Shown: positions 56,377 through 64,000 of the stretch, piece after piece
Layout of the letters: the number at the start of each line of letters is the position of its first letter
How positions within the stretch are numbered: position 1 is the first letter of the stretch
Assembly (NCBI GenBank): GCA_000092065.1
Contig: CP000584.1
Direction: 5' to 3' (one strand)
Origin: Ostreococcus lucimarinus
Lineage: Eukaryota
DNA length: 64,000 bases
Notes under the pieces: model-generated
What the model was told of the DNA's origin: nothing
Database searches by the model: none
The model's input: the letters and a program-made list of their open reading frames with translations, nothing else
Position numbers and translations under genes: made by a program

Positions 56377-57369
56377 CTACGGGTGGGCTAGACTATTCGC
56401 GGCGCGCTGTTCGCCCGCCGCGCAGCGGGAACACGCGCAATCGAAGGCGTAGGAATTCGCGAGACGCGCGCGTCTGGCGTCGCGCGGAGAATCGGCGTCC
56501 ACGTACGTTATCGTGAGCTCTTCGCCCGGAGCGATTTCGCGAAGCGCGCGAATCGTGAGCGACGAATCGCCGTTTTCCCAGTGCGTGTGACAGTTGGGCG
56601 CGCACGAGTGATTGAGTAGGGACACGTACTTGTATACCGCCGAACCCGACGCGGTGCCTTGCGTGATGGCGTCCAATCCGGCGGATAGGACGTCCTTGAA
56701 ATCCGTCGTCGACGCCGCGGCGTCGACTGGAATTTCCACTCGGAACGAGTTTAAATGAAGACGGGACGTGATTCCGGCGTACCACGCGGGTGTGATGATA
56801 TCTTTCCCCGCGTCGCCGAATGCTCGTCGCAACACATCGCACTCTTCGAGCCACTGCGCGGGCGGATTGGTTTCCACGTCGTTCGCCGCGCACAACCATT
56901 CCAGCGTGCTCTTGTTCAACGCTCCGCTGGCGATCATAGACGCCGCTCTGGCGGTGATCAAAGGAAATTTTAAACCACCATTCTTTTCGCAGTACGCTTC
57001 GAGCTCGCTCAAATCCACCCCGTGCGTCTTTTCGAAATCGCCGTACGCCAATCGACGCGCGTCGGCGCACGATTCGCACGTCGCCCCGCCCGCGGACGCC
57101 CGCAAGCACCACTCGCACCTCGATCGCGCGTTGTCCATGGTTCTGTGCCACATCAACGGTCTTTCCCGCGATATGACCGCCTCGTTCGCCGCCAGCGCGC
57201 GCGCGGCGTACGCCCCTCGCCCCGAACGCGCCGTCGCGCCGATGAAGAACGCATCCTCGGCCCCGTACGTGGGCACGCTTTTCGACGCATCCGTGCGATG
57301 CGAGCGCGCGTCCGACCGCCGCGCGCGCGCGCGAGAAGCTCTCGCGCACCGCCGCGCCGCCGCGCGCAT
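56377..57369 (-). CDS. SET-domain protein-lysine methyltransferase (SMYD/LSMT-like with an inserted Cys-rich region)
   Basis: The SET core and post-SET read ...LLNHSCAPNCHTHWENGDSSLTIRALREIAPGEELTITYVD...AFDCACSRCA. A Cys-rich insert is CEWCLRASAGGATCESCA. Start is trimmed to MRAAARRCA at about 57369. Confidence 0.75.
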   Translation of the reverse strand: MRAAARRCARASRARARRSDARSHRTDASKSVPTYGAEDAFFIGATARSGRGAYAARALAANEAVISRERPLMWHRTMDNARSRCEWCLRASAGGATCESCADARRLAYGDFEKTHGVDLSELEAYCEKNGGLKFPLITARAASMIASGALNKSTLEWLCAANDVETNPPAQWLEECDVLRRAFGDAGKDIITPAWYAGITSRLHLNSFRVEIPVDAAASTTDFKDVLSAGLDAITQGTASGSAVYKYVSLLNHSCAPNCHTHWENGDSSLTIRALREIAPGEELTITYVDADSPRDARRARLANSYAFDCACSRCAAGEQRAANSLAHP

Positions 57370-57494
57370 GCGATCGCGCTCGGCGATGCGCTCTGCGGCG
57401 CCGCGCGCGCGAGCGTTGGATGACTGACAATGGATAACGCGGGAAACGAGACGGCACACCTCGACGCCGCGCTCGCGAGCGATCGCGCGCCGCG

Positions 57495-58712
57495 ATGACC
57501 GTCGCGCGAACGATGCAAACCTCGCCCGTCGTCCGCGCGCGCGCGACGACGCTCGCGAAGCGCTCGAACCGACGCGCGGCGACGAAAACGATCGTCACGC
57601 GCGCGAGCGCGGGCGACGCCTGGGGACCGTGCTCGTGCCACGGCGGCGCGCATCTCTCGAGCGAGCGCAAGGCTGAGCTCGAGGCGGTGTGCGCGGCGAT
57701 CGGACAGGCGGGGAAAGGGATCACGGCGTGCGATGAGGGACCGGGGACGATCGGGATGCGGTTCGAGAACGTGGGGGTGACGAATACGGAGGAAAACCGA
57801 CGGGCGTATCGACAAATGTTGTTCGAAACGCCCGGGGCGAACAAGTACCTGAGCGCGGCTATTTTGGACCCGGAAACGTTGTATCAAAAGAGCACGACGA
57901 ACGGGAAGCTGTTCCCGGAGGTGCTGAGCGAACTCGGCATCGTGCCGGGCGTGAAACCGCACTTGAAGGTGTACGCGCTGCCGGGCCAGAGCGGAGCGAC
58001 GGTGATGCAAGGCTTGGACTCGCTCGCGGTGCGATTGCAAGAGTACAAAGACGCCGGGTGCAAATTCGCCAAATGGCGCTCGCCGTTGGAGATTGACTTG
58101 GCCACCGGTCAGCCGAGCGAGCTCACCATCGAGACGAACATGAAGGATTTGGCGCGATACGCGTTGATTTGCCAAGACGTCGGCTTGGTGCCGATCGTGG
58201 AGCCGGATATTTCTCTCAAGGGTGATCACGACCTTGAGACCGCGGTTCGCGTGAACGTCAAGGTGCAGAGCATGCTGTTCAAGTCGATGCTCGACCACGG
58301 CGTGTACATGGAAGGCGCGCTCCTCAAGTCCAACATGGTGAACCCGGGTAAGAAGTGCAAGACCAACTACACCGTGGACGAACTCGCGATTGCGAATCTG
58401 CAAGTCTTCCGTCGATGCTTCCCGACCGCCATGGTGAGCGCCAACTTCTTGTCCGGCGGCCAATCGCTCGAAGACGCCGCTGCTCGCCTCGATGCCATCA
58501 ACAAGCACAAGTCCGCGAAGGATCCTTGGAACTTGTCTTTCTCCTGGTCTGCGGCGCTGCAGATGCCACTTTTCGAGCTTTGCCGAGGTAAGACTGAGCT
58601 TCCGCTCAAGGAGATGGGTGACTTGTACATCGCCGAATTGGAAAAGGCAGGCGCCGCCGCGCTCGGCCAATATTCGCGCAACGGCAAGGAGGGCGACCAC
58701 TCCGCCAAGTAA
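57495..58712 (+). CDS. FBA: Fructose-1,6-bisphosphate aldolase, class I, with a plastid transit peptide
   Basis: Full-length colinear with class I aldolases: ..LSAAILDPETL...IVPGVKPH.., the active-site region LVPIVEPDISLKGDHD (Schiff-base Lys), LSGGQS and a C-terminal Tyr-region. The N-terminal 40 aa are R/A/T-rich. Confidence 0.95.
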   Translation: MTVARTMQTSPVVRARATTLAKRSNRRAATKTIVTRASAGDAWGPCSCHGGAHLSSERKAELEAVCAAIGQAGKGITACDEGPGTIGMRFENVGVTNTEENRRAYRQMLFETPGANKYLSAAILDPETLYQKSTTNGKLFPEVLSELGIVPGVKPHLKVYALPGQSGATVMQGLDSLAVRLQEYKDAGCKFAKWRSPLEIDLATGQPSELTIETNMKDLARYALICQDVGLVPIVEPDISLKGDHDLETAVRVNVKVQSMLFKSMLDHGVYMEGALLKSNMVNPGKKCKTNYTVDELAIANLQVFRRCFPTAMVSANFLSGGQSLEDAAARLDAINKHKSAKDPWNLSFSWSAALQMPLFELCRGKTELPLKEMGDLYIAELEKAGAAALGQYSRNGKEGDHSAK

Positions 58713-58936
58713 GACGGCGTCGTACCACCACCGTCGCGAGTGATATCATATCATATCGAAAATCTCGCGTACGTCGCGCGTATCCCGTATTTTTAATACA
58801 CGCATCCTCTACCTGCCTCTCGCACCGTCGCTCGCTCGACCAAAAAGCGCATCCAGCAGCGACCATCTTTATCCACGTCATTCACGCGCGCGAGCGGTGC
58901 AGGTCTGCGATCCAATCGCCTAACACGCGTGTCGCA

Positions 58937-60184
58937 ATGTTCGCTCCGTCAATTTCGCGCGCGACGCCGTGTGTGGCGCTCGAGCGCGCCACGACAACGC
59001 GACGAACCACCCGCAGACGTCATCACAACACGCGCGCATCGACGCCCGATGACGCGTCCGCGCCGCCTGCGCTCGCGCGTTCGCGGCGCGACTTCGTTCG
59101 CGACGCTGTTTTACTGTCGACGCTCGGCGTTGGGCTCGCGGCGCGCGCGGATGCGGACGTCGACGTCGACGTCGCGCCCGCGGCGGCGACGAAGACGCCG
59201 TGCGTGCTGATAACCGGCGCCAATTCAGGCGTGGGGTACACGGCGGCGAAACAGATCGCCGCGCAGGGCAAGACAGTCGTTATCGCGTGCAGAAGCGTGC
59301 ATAAGGCTGAGCAAGCGGCTCGAGAGTTGAAGGAAGACGTCGGCGCGAACGCGAAGGTGGTGACGCTGCCAGTCGGTTTGGAACTCACGGATTTGGCGAG
59401 CGTGCGCGAGTATGCGCTCGCGTTTTTAGATCGTTCGGATTTGGCACTCGAGGCATTGGTGTGTAACGCCGGGATCATGGCGGCGCCGTTGGAGCGCACC
59501 ACGCAAGGACACGAATTGCACTTCGGTATTAACCATTTGGGACATTTTTTACTCGCCGACGCGCTGACGCCGGCGTTGAGAGAAACCAAAGGGCGCGTCG
59601 TGAGCGTATCGAGTTTGCTCTCGATGATTGGCGATTTCGCGTTGGACTTAGACGACTTAGATTGGAACAGACGCGAGTACGACCCTTGGTACGCGTACGG
59701 TGCGTCGAAGGCGCAAAACGTCTTGTTCGCCGACGAATTCGCTCGCCGCGAAGGCAAGAATGGTATCGTGGCGAACAGTTTGCACCCAGGAATCGTAACG
59801 ACCAATTTAGTCCGTTATTCGGTGCCCGACTTGGTGCAGTCCAAGCGTGATTTGGCGAAAGAGCGCGAGAGCTTCGCGGGGCGACTCGCGGCGAAAGCTG
59901 GCATTCGCAACCCGGACGAAGGCGGCCGGACGTCCGTCTGGCTCGCCACTTCCGATGCCGCGGCGAAAGAAACCGGCAAGTTCTTCATTGATCCTGGTTT
60001 GGTTTACCCGGGTGCCACGCGCGCGCAACTCGTCGAAGCTGGCGACTGGTTCTTGTCGAGTGGTACCGAGTTTTTGGCGCCGCAGCTCGGGATGCCGGAA
60101 AAATTGTTTGAATGGCGCACCGAGGCTAACGCGACCGCGCTCTGGTCAAAGTCGCAAGAGATGGTGAGCAAGTACACAATCTAG
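58937..60184 (+). CDS. Short-chain dehydrogenase/reductase (retinol-dehydrogenase/TIC32-like classical SDR) with an N-terminal twin-arginine-type signal
   Basis: CVLITGANSGVGYTAAKQIA (TGxxxGxG) ... NAG ... YAYGASKAQN (YxxxK) ... HPGIVTTNL. The N-terminus ...ALARSRRDFVRDAVLLSTLGVGLAARADA has an SRRxF motif, a hydrophobic stretch and AxA. Confidence 0.85.
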   Translation: MFAPSISRATPCVALERATTTRRTTRRRHHNTRASTPDDASAPPALARSRRDFVRDAVLLSTLGVGLAARADADVDVDVAPAAATKTPCVLITGANSGVGYTAAKQIAAQGKTVVIACRSVHKAEQAARELKEDVGANAKVVTLPVGLELTDLASVREYALAFLDRSDLALEALVCNAGIMAAPLERTTQGHELHFGINHLGHFLLADALTPALRETKGRVVSVSSLLSMIGDFALDLDDLDWNRREYDPWYAYGASKAQNVLFADEFARREGKNGIVANSLHPGIVTTNLVRYSVPDLVQSKRDLAKERESFAGRLAAKAGIRNPDEGGRTSVWLATSDAAAKETGKFFIDPGLVYPGATRAQLVEAGDWFLSSGTEFLAPQLGMPEKLFEWRTEANATALWSKSQEMVSKYTI

Positions 60185-60231
60185 TCTTCGCAATTAAATA
60201 CAGCACATTGACGCCGCGCGTCTACCAACGT

Positions 60232-61095
60232 TCACGAAGCGTCAACCACCGCTGGTAATTCTTCATCGCTCTCCAACTCAAACGTTTGCACGCTCGTGTC
60301 GTTGAACGCGCCTTGCACGGCAAACGTATCCCCCGGATCAAGCAGTGATGCGCGAGCGATGGACGACGCCGCGATGACGTGCGAGGGTCGCTTCTTCTCG
60401 GGATCCGCGCTCTTCGCTCGCCATCGATCGGCGTACGTCTCAAACGTGTTCCCGACGCACACTAAATCTCTCAACGCGCCCACGCTCCAACGCGCGCGAA
60501 CGACGTCTTCGTACAAGTGTCCCTCACAATGCGGCATGTAAAACACCACCAACTCATCCCTCGTCGACGAAGACGCCGACACGTACTCGTCGCACCTTTC
60601 CCGCGTCAACGTCTCGCATTCGTCGCCGTCGCCCGCGAGCACCTTTTCGTCCACAATCGTAAAGCACGGATCGTACGCCTTCAACCGCACGCGCGTCGCG
60701 TCGTCGTTCGACCGTTCGCGCAACCGCTCGCACGCGCGCGACGCGAACGCGAGCTGACACCTCGCCGCCGCGCTCGCGTCCGGCGACCCCAAACCCAACG
60801 CGAGCACCGTCACCGCCCGCCCGCGCGCGCGCGTCGCCGCCGCGTCGCGCACCGCGTCGACGGCGGCGTCCAGGCGCGACGCCGCGCGCACGTCCGCCGT
60901 CGCGCGTTCGACGCGCGTCGCGCACGCGGCGACGCGCGCGGCGAGTTCTTCCGCCGACAGCGCCGCTTCCTCGGCGCGCGCGTCGACGGCGCGGTTCGTC
61001 GCCGCCGCGCGCGCGGCGAGCGCGGCCTCGGCCCTGGCGCCGATCGCGCGCTTACCCGCGCGCGTCACCGGCGTCCAGGCGTCGTCGGGCGCCAT
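60232..61095 (-). CDS. SRR1-domain protein (SENSITIVITY TO RED LIGHT REDUCED 1 family)
   Basis: ...RAVTVLALGLGSPDASAAARCQLAFA...LKAYDPCFT..DEKVL...ELVVFYMPHCEGHLYEDVVRARWS has SRR1-family spacing and the FYMPHC motif. Start is probably MAPDDAW at about 61095. ORF 60232..61344 extends further upstream. Confidence 0.55.
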   Translation of the reverse strand: MAPDDAWTPVTRAGKRAIGARAEAALAARAAATNRAVDARAEEAALSAEELAARVAACATRVERATADVRAASRLDAAVDAVRDAAATRARGRAVTVLALGLGSPDASAAARCQLAFASRACERLRERSNDDATRVRLKAYDPCFTIVDEKVLAGDGDECETLTRERCDEYVSASSSTRDELVVFYMPHCEGHLYEDVVRARWSVGALRDLVCVGNTFETYADRWRAKSADPEKKRPSHVIAASSIARASLLDPGDTFAVQGAFNDTSVQTFELESDEELPAVVDAS

Positions 61096-61388
61096 CGCGC
61101 CGCCGCGACGTCGCGCGCGCGGTGTGACGTTTCGCGACGGCGCGCGCGCGTCGGCCGCGTCGCGCGACGGCGCGCCCGTAACTTTCGCGAGCTCGCGGCG
61201 CGCGACGCGCGCCGCTTGGCTTACGGGTACACTAAATACGCACTGTACCTGAAAGTGTCCGAACCCTAAATTTTTTTGTTTACGACGCGAACCGACGGTT
61301 TTGACGCGACACTCTCGAGGCGACGCTCGGGCGTTACGACGCACACGACGACGCGCGAGGACGACGACGACGACGACGCGCGAGGACG

Positions 61389-61977
61389 ATGCGGGTGCAC
61401 ATCAAGCCCAGGCTGCAGCAGGAGAAGTGGAGCCTGTACTGGAAGACGTCGATGTCCACGAGAACGTTCGCGCTCGACGAATTCGACTTGGAGGTGAAGC
61501 ACGACGAGACGACGGCGAAGGAGGTGAGGACGCGCGAAAACTTTGAAATGCGGCATTCGATGACGTTTCACGCGCGCAGGTGAAGGCGAGAGTGGCGGAG
61601 TTCATCGGGCTCCCGCCCGTGGAGACGTTGCATCGATTGGAAGAGTTCGTCGAGCCTTGGGAGTTGATGTGCGCGCGAGACGACGCGACGGCGACGGCGA
61701 AGACGCGACTCCGTCGATAGTCTCGCGAAACGTGACTGACTGCGTCGTGAATTGACCTGTGTTTCCGATTTAAAACAGTATGTATAACGGCCGCGAGCTC
61801 GATGACGGCAAAACGCTCGCCGCGTGCGGCGTTCCGGCCGAAGACGGCGTGAGCGTCGTCGTCGTACGCAAGCAGCTCGTCGCCGAAGGTTGGAAGCTAC
61901 GATTTGAAGATAACGAAGACTCGGACACGGAAGACGACGATTTTTAAGCCATCGTAACGACGCGCGCGGATGTAACG
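61389..61977 (+). CDS. ELOB: Elongin B-like ubiquitin-fold protein; multi-exon (at least 2 introns)
   Basis: Exon 1 is MRVHIK...TFALDEFDLEVKHDETTAKE. A 56-nt GTGAGG...CGCAG intron follows. Exon 2 is VKARVAEFIGLPPVETLHRL.. Another intron ends at the acceptor ttccgatttaaaacag. The last exon is (M)YNGRELDDGKTLAACGVPAEDGVSVVVVRK...EDNEDSDTEDDDF-stop. Compare elongin B ..[40 protein letters not shown]. Exact exon 2/3 junctions are unresolved. Confidence 0.6.
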
Positions 61978-62002
61978 TAACGTGATCATGAGAAGCGTGC
62001 GA

Positions 62003-63229
62003 TTACATTGCGGGTTCCTCCGCGTCTTGCGTCTCGGGCGCCGATTTCGTGAACTCGGCCTCGAACGCCATGACTTGTGATTCCGCCGCTTGCACGGCTT
62101 CGCGGTCCATGAGCGCCAAGAATTCGTCCAACTTCCCGATCGCGCTCTTGCTCGCCTTGCTCGAAAACTTGGCGTACTCGGCGGCTTTGCCGCCTCCGAC
62201 GGCGCCCATGTTCTCGAAATACTTCGAGTAGTTGACCTTTTCCATGTACTCCAAGAAATCGAACGCGATCTCGCGCGCCTTTTGCTCTTTACTCCCGCTC
62301 AAGTACGCCGCGGCTTTGAATAGATTATCCTTCACGTTGTTCGGCGGTCCCACGACGCGACTCACCGTCGAGTTCAACTCGTCCCACGCGCCGTCCTCCG
62401 CCAACGTCGCCGCCCTGCGCAGCAACTCCCGACTCCGCACCACGGGCACCAAATAAAAGAACAACGGTTTCACCGGCTCCGGGCTCTCGATCGAGATCTG
62501 ACTCAGCCCCACGAACGCCGCCGTCAGCGCCGCGCCGACGATCGCTCGTCGCCGCACCGTCTTCTCCTCCTCCTCCGTCATCCCAGCCTCACCGACCCCA
62601 CCCGCCTCGCTCGGCTGTTCGCGCACCAAGAACTCCATTCCATCTTTCAACCACGCGTCGCCCTCGCTCCTCGTTCCGAACAGCGTCTCTCGCTTTCCGA
62701 CGCCGTCCACGCGCGCCTTGCCCGTCGTCCCGCGCGGCGTCTCGCGCGCCAGCTCGTCCACCGTCTTCACCGTCGCCGCGCCGCCGCTCTTCGCCTCCAG
62801 CGCCGCGCGCAGGCGCTCGCGATCCTCCTCCGCGCGTTTCAGCCGCTCGACGACGTCCGCGAGCGACGCCTCGCTCAGCGGCGCGTCGTCGCCGTCGTCG
62901 TCGCGCGACGTCGACGCGCGTCGCGATCGCCGCGCGTCGCCTCGTCGCGCGCGTCGCCTCGTCGCCGCGCGGACGCGCGACGACGCGCCGCGCGTCGTCG
63001 TCGTCGTCGCGCGCGCGCGCATGGCGTCGCGTCGCGTCGCGTCGCGGCGTCGCGCGTCGCCGTCTCGCGCGTCGTCACTTCGCGCGTCGATGCGACGCGC
63101 GGCGTCGACGCTTCGCTTCGCGGCGCGACGCGAGGCCTCGAGCGCGAGCGCGCGAAGGGTCGTCTCGGGATCGGCGTCGCGCGCGCGCGTCGGGACGGCG
63201 CGTCGCGCGCGCGCGCGCGCGGCGAGCAT
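62003..63229 (-). CDS. Thylakoid-lumen protein with a Tat signal and a PsbQ-like helical C-terminal domain (assignment tentative)
   Basis: ...EEKTVRRRAIVGAALTAAFVGLSQISIESP has an RR motif and a hydrophobic stretch. It is followed by LFFYLVPVVRSRELLRRAATLAEDGAWDELNSTV..NVKDNLFKAAAYLSGSKEQKAREIAFDFLEYMEKVNYSKYFEN... (a 4-helix PsbQ-like feel). A long R/D-rich, coiled-coil N-terminal region precedes it. The start Met is uncertain (MLAARARARR at about 63226, or internal). Confidence 0.45.
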   Translation of the reverse strand: MLAARARARRAVPTRARDADPETTLRALALEASRRAAKRSVDAARRIDARSDDARDGDARRRDATRRDAMRARATTTTTRGASSRVRAATRRRARRGDARRSRRASTSRDDDGDDAPLSEASLADVVERLKRAEEDRERLRAALEAKSGGAATVKTVDELARETPRGTTGKARVDGVGKRETLFGTRSEGDAWLKDGMEFLVREQPSEAGGVGEAGMTEEEEKTVRRRAIVGAALTAAFVGLSQISIESPEPVKPLFFYLVPVVRSRELLRRAATLAEDGAWDELNSTVSRVVGPPNNVKDNLFKAAAYLSGSKEQKAREIAFDFLEYMEKVNYSKYFENMGAVGGGKAAEYAKFSSKASKSAIGKLDEFLALMDREAVQAAESQVMAFEAEFTKSAPETQDAEEPAM

Positions 63230-64000
63230 GCGCGCGCGCGTCGACGGCGGCGGCGGCGGCGAACGCGTCGCGGACGCGCGCGGCGAGGAGACGCGCGGCG
63301 AGGGCGCGAGCGCGAGCGAGGGCGGTAAAAAGCAAAAGCGCGACCCGGCGGCGTCGCTGGGCGTGACGGGGATGCGGAACTTTACGCTGAAGCACGGCGC
63401 GCTGCTCATGACGGAGGCGAGCGCGTTCGCGGATTTGAACCTGCAGGAGGCGAGTAAAAAGGTGAGAGGGGTGCGCGTGCGTCAGCACGTGAACCCGCTG
63501 ACGAAGAGGTTTCAAACGCAGGCGCCGGCGCCGGCGTGGAGGGAGGTGTATAGGGACGCGGGGAAGCCGTTGACGATCGACGTGGGGTGCGCGGGCGGGC
63601 GGTTCGATTTGTTGTACGCGAAGCGGAATCCGGATAAGAACGTGCTGGGGTTGGACATCCGCGAACCGCTCGTCGAACGAGGGTTATCGTGGGGAGAGGC
63701 GTCGGGGGTGGTGGATAACGTGCACTTCGCGACGTGTAACGCGACGGTGTCCATCGGGGAGTGGATCAAGAGTTATCACGAGACGAGCGGCGCGACGGTG
63801 GACTTGGTGACCATTTTACACCCGGATCCGCACTTTAAGACGAAGCACAAGAAGCGTCGAATCGTGCAGGCGACGATGGTTCGGCAGCTGGCGAGGGAGA
63901 TGCGCCCCGGTGCGCGCGTGTACTTGCAATCGGATGTGGAAGAGCTCACCGAGGACATGCGCGAGAAATTCGAGCGCTTTTCCGACGGGTGCTTCGATTT
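63225..64000 (+). CDS. METTL1: tRNA (guanine46-N7)-methyltransferase (TrmB/Trm8/METTL1), 5' part; continues beyond the window end
   Basis: ...VRVRQHVNPLTKRFQTQAPAPAWREVYRDAGKPLTIDVGCAGGRFDLLYAKRNPDKNVLGLDIREPLVERG...ILHPDPHFKTKHKKRRIVQATMVRQL... has the TrmB signature motifs (HVNPL, IDIGCGxG, FPDPHFK). There is a Lys/Gly-rich N-terminal extension from the ATG at about 63225. No stop occurs before position 64000, so it is absent from the ORF table. Confidence 0.8.

Noticed and set aside
1-64000. Prokaryotic-style defence or novel-system island (CRISPR, TA, RM, phage genes)
   Set aside because: The sequence is eukaryotic nuclear DNA with spliceosomal introns, organelle-targeting peptides and eukaryote-specific genes throughout. 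There are no repeat-spacer arrays and no operon structure. The only bacterial-like gene (the ParA-class ATPase) is isolated and host-like in composition.

Overview
This window is nuclear DNA from a very GC-rich (about 65-70% GC), extremely gene-dense picoeukaryotic green alga, most likely a Mamiellophyceae prasinophyte of the Ostreococcus/Micromonas type. It is not a prokaryotic or viral locus. I can support about 48 protein-coding genes in 64 kb, roughly one per 1.3 kb. Spacers are tiny, many convergent 3' ends lie only 12-50 bp apart, and several divergent gene pairs have start codons less than 30 bp apart. At least five genes carry short spliceosomal introns with a recurrent GTGCGT donor, so the six-frame ORF caller splits or extends several genes. 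The content is ordinary eukaryotic housekeeping: mitochondrial HSP70, MYBBP1A/Pol5, gamma-adaptin, a Sec7 ARF-GEF, TRAPPC2, USP5, eIF2B-gamma, UTP23, NOP16, RPL34, mitochondrial bL28, succinyl-CoA ligase beta, class I aldolase, ClC, DiT, CCX and GDT1 transporters. There are also several photosynthesis-related proteins (PetM, Psb27-like, lumenal FKBP and cyclophilin, a PsbQ-like protein). Highlights are a selenoprotein U gene with an in-frame TGA (Sec) codon, five predicted twin-arginine (Tat) thylakoid-lumen proteins, an unusual ParA/MinD-type deviant Walker-A ATPase, a KNOX TALE homeobox gene, a ZSWIM7/SWS1 homolog, and a Sec7-GEF/TRAPPC2 divergent pair sharing a motif-repeat promoter. I found no rRNA, CRISPR, transposon or prokaryotic-style operon, and recognised no tRNA by eye. 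The GC/codon bias produces many long spurious Arg/Ala-rich ORFs on both strands, and I treat these as artefacts. Coordinates I derived by hand (trimmed starts, introns) are approximate to about ±3 bp. While working I noticed at least two places where my hand indexing did not agree with the ORF-table frame, so the table coordinates should be treated as authoritative.
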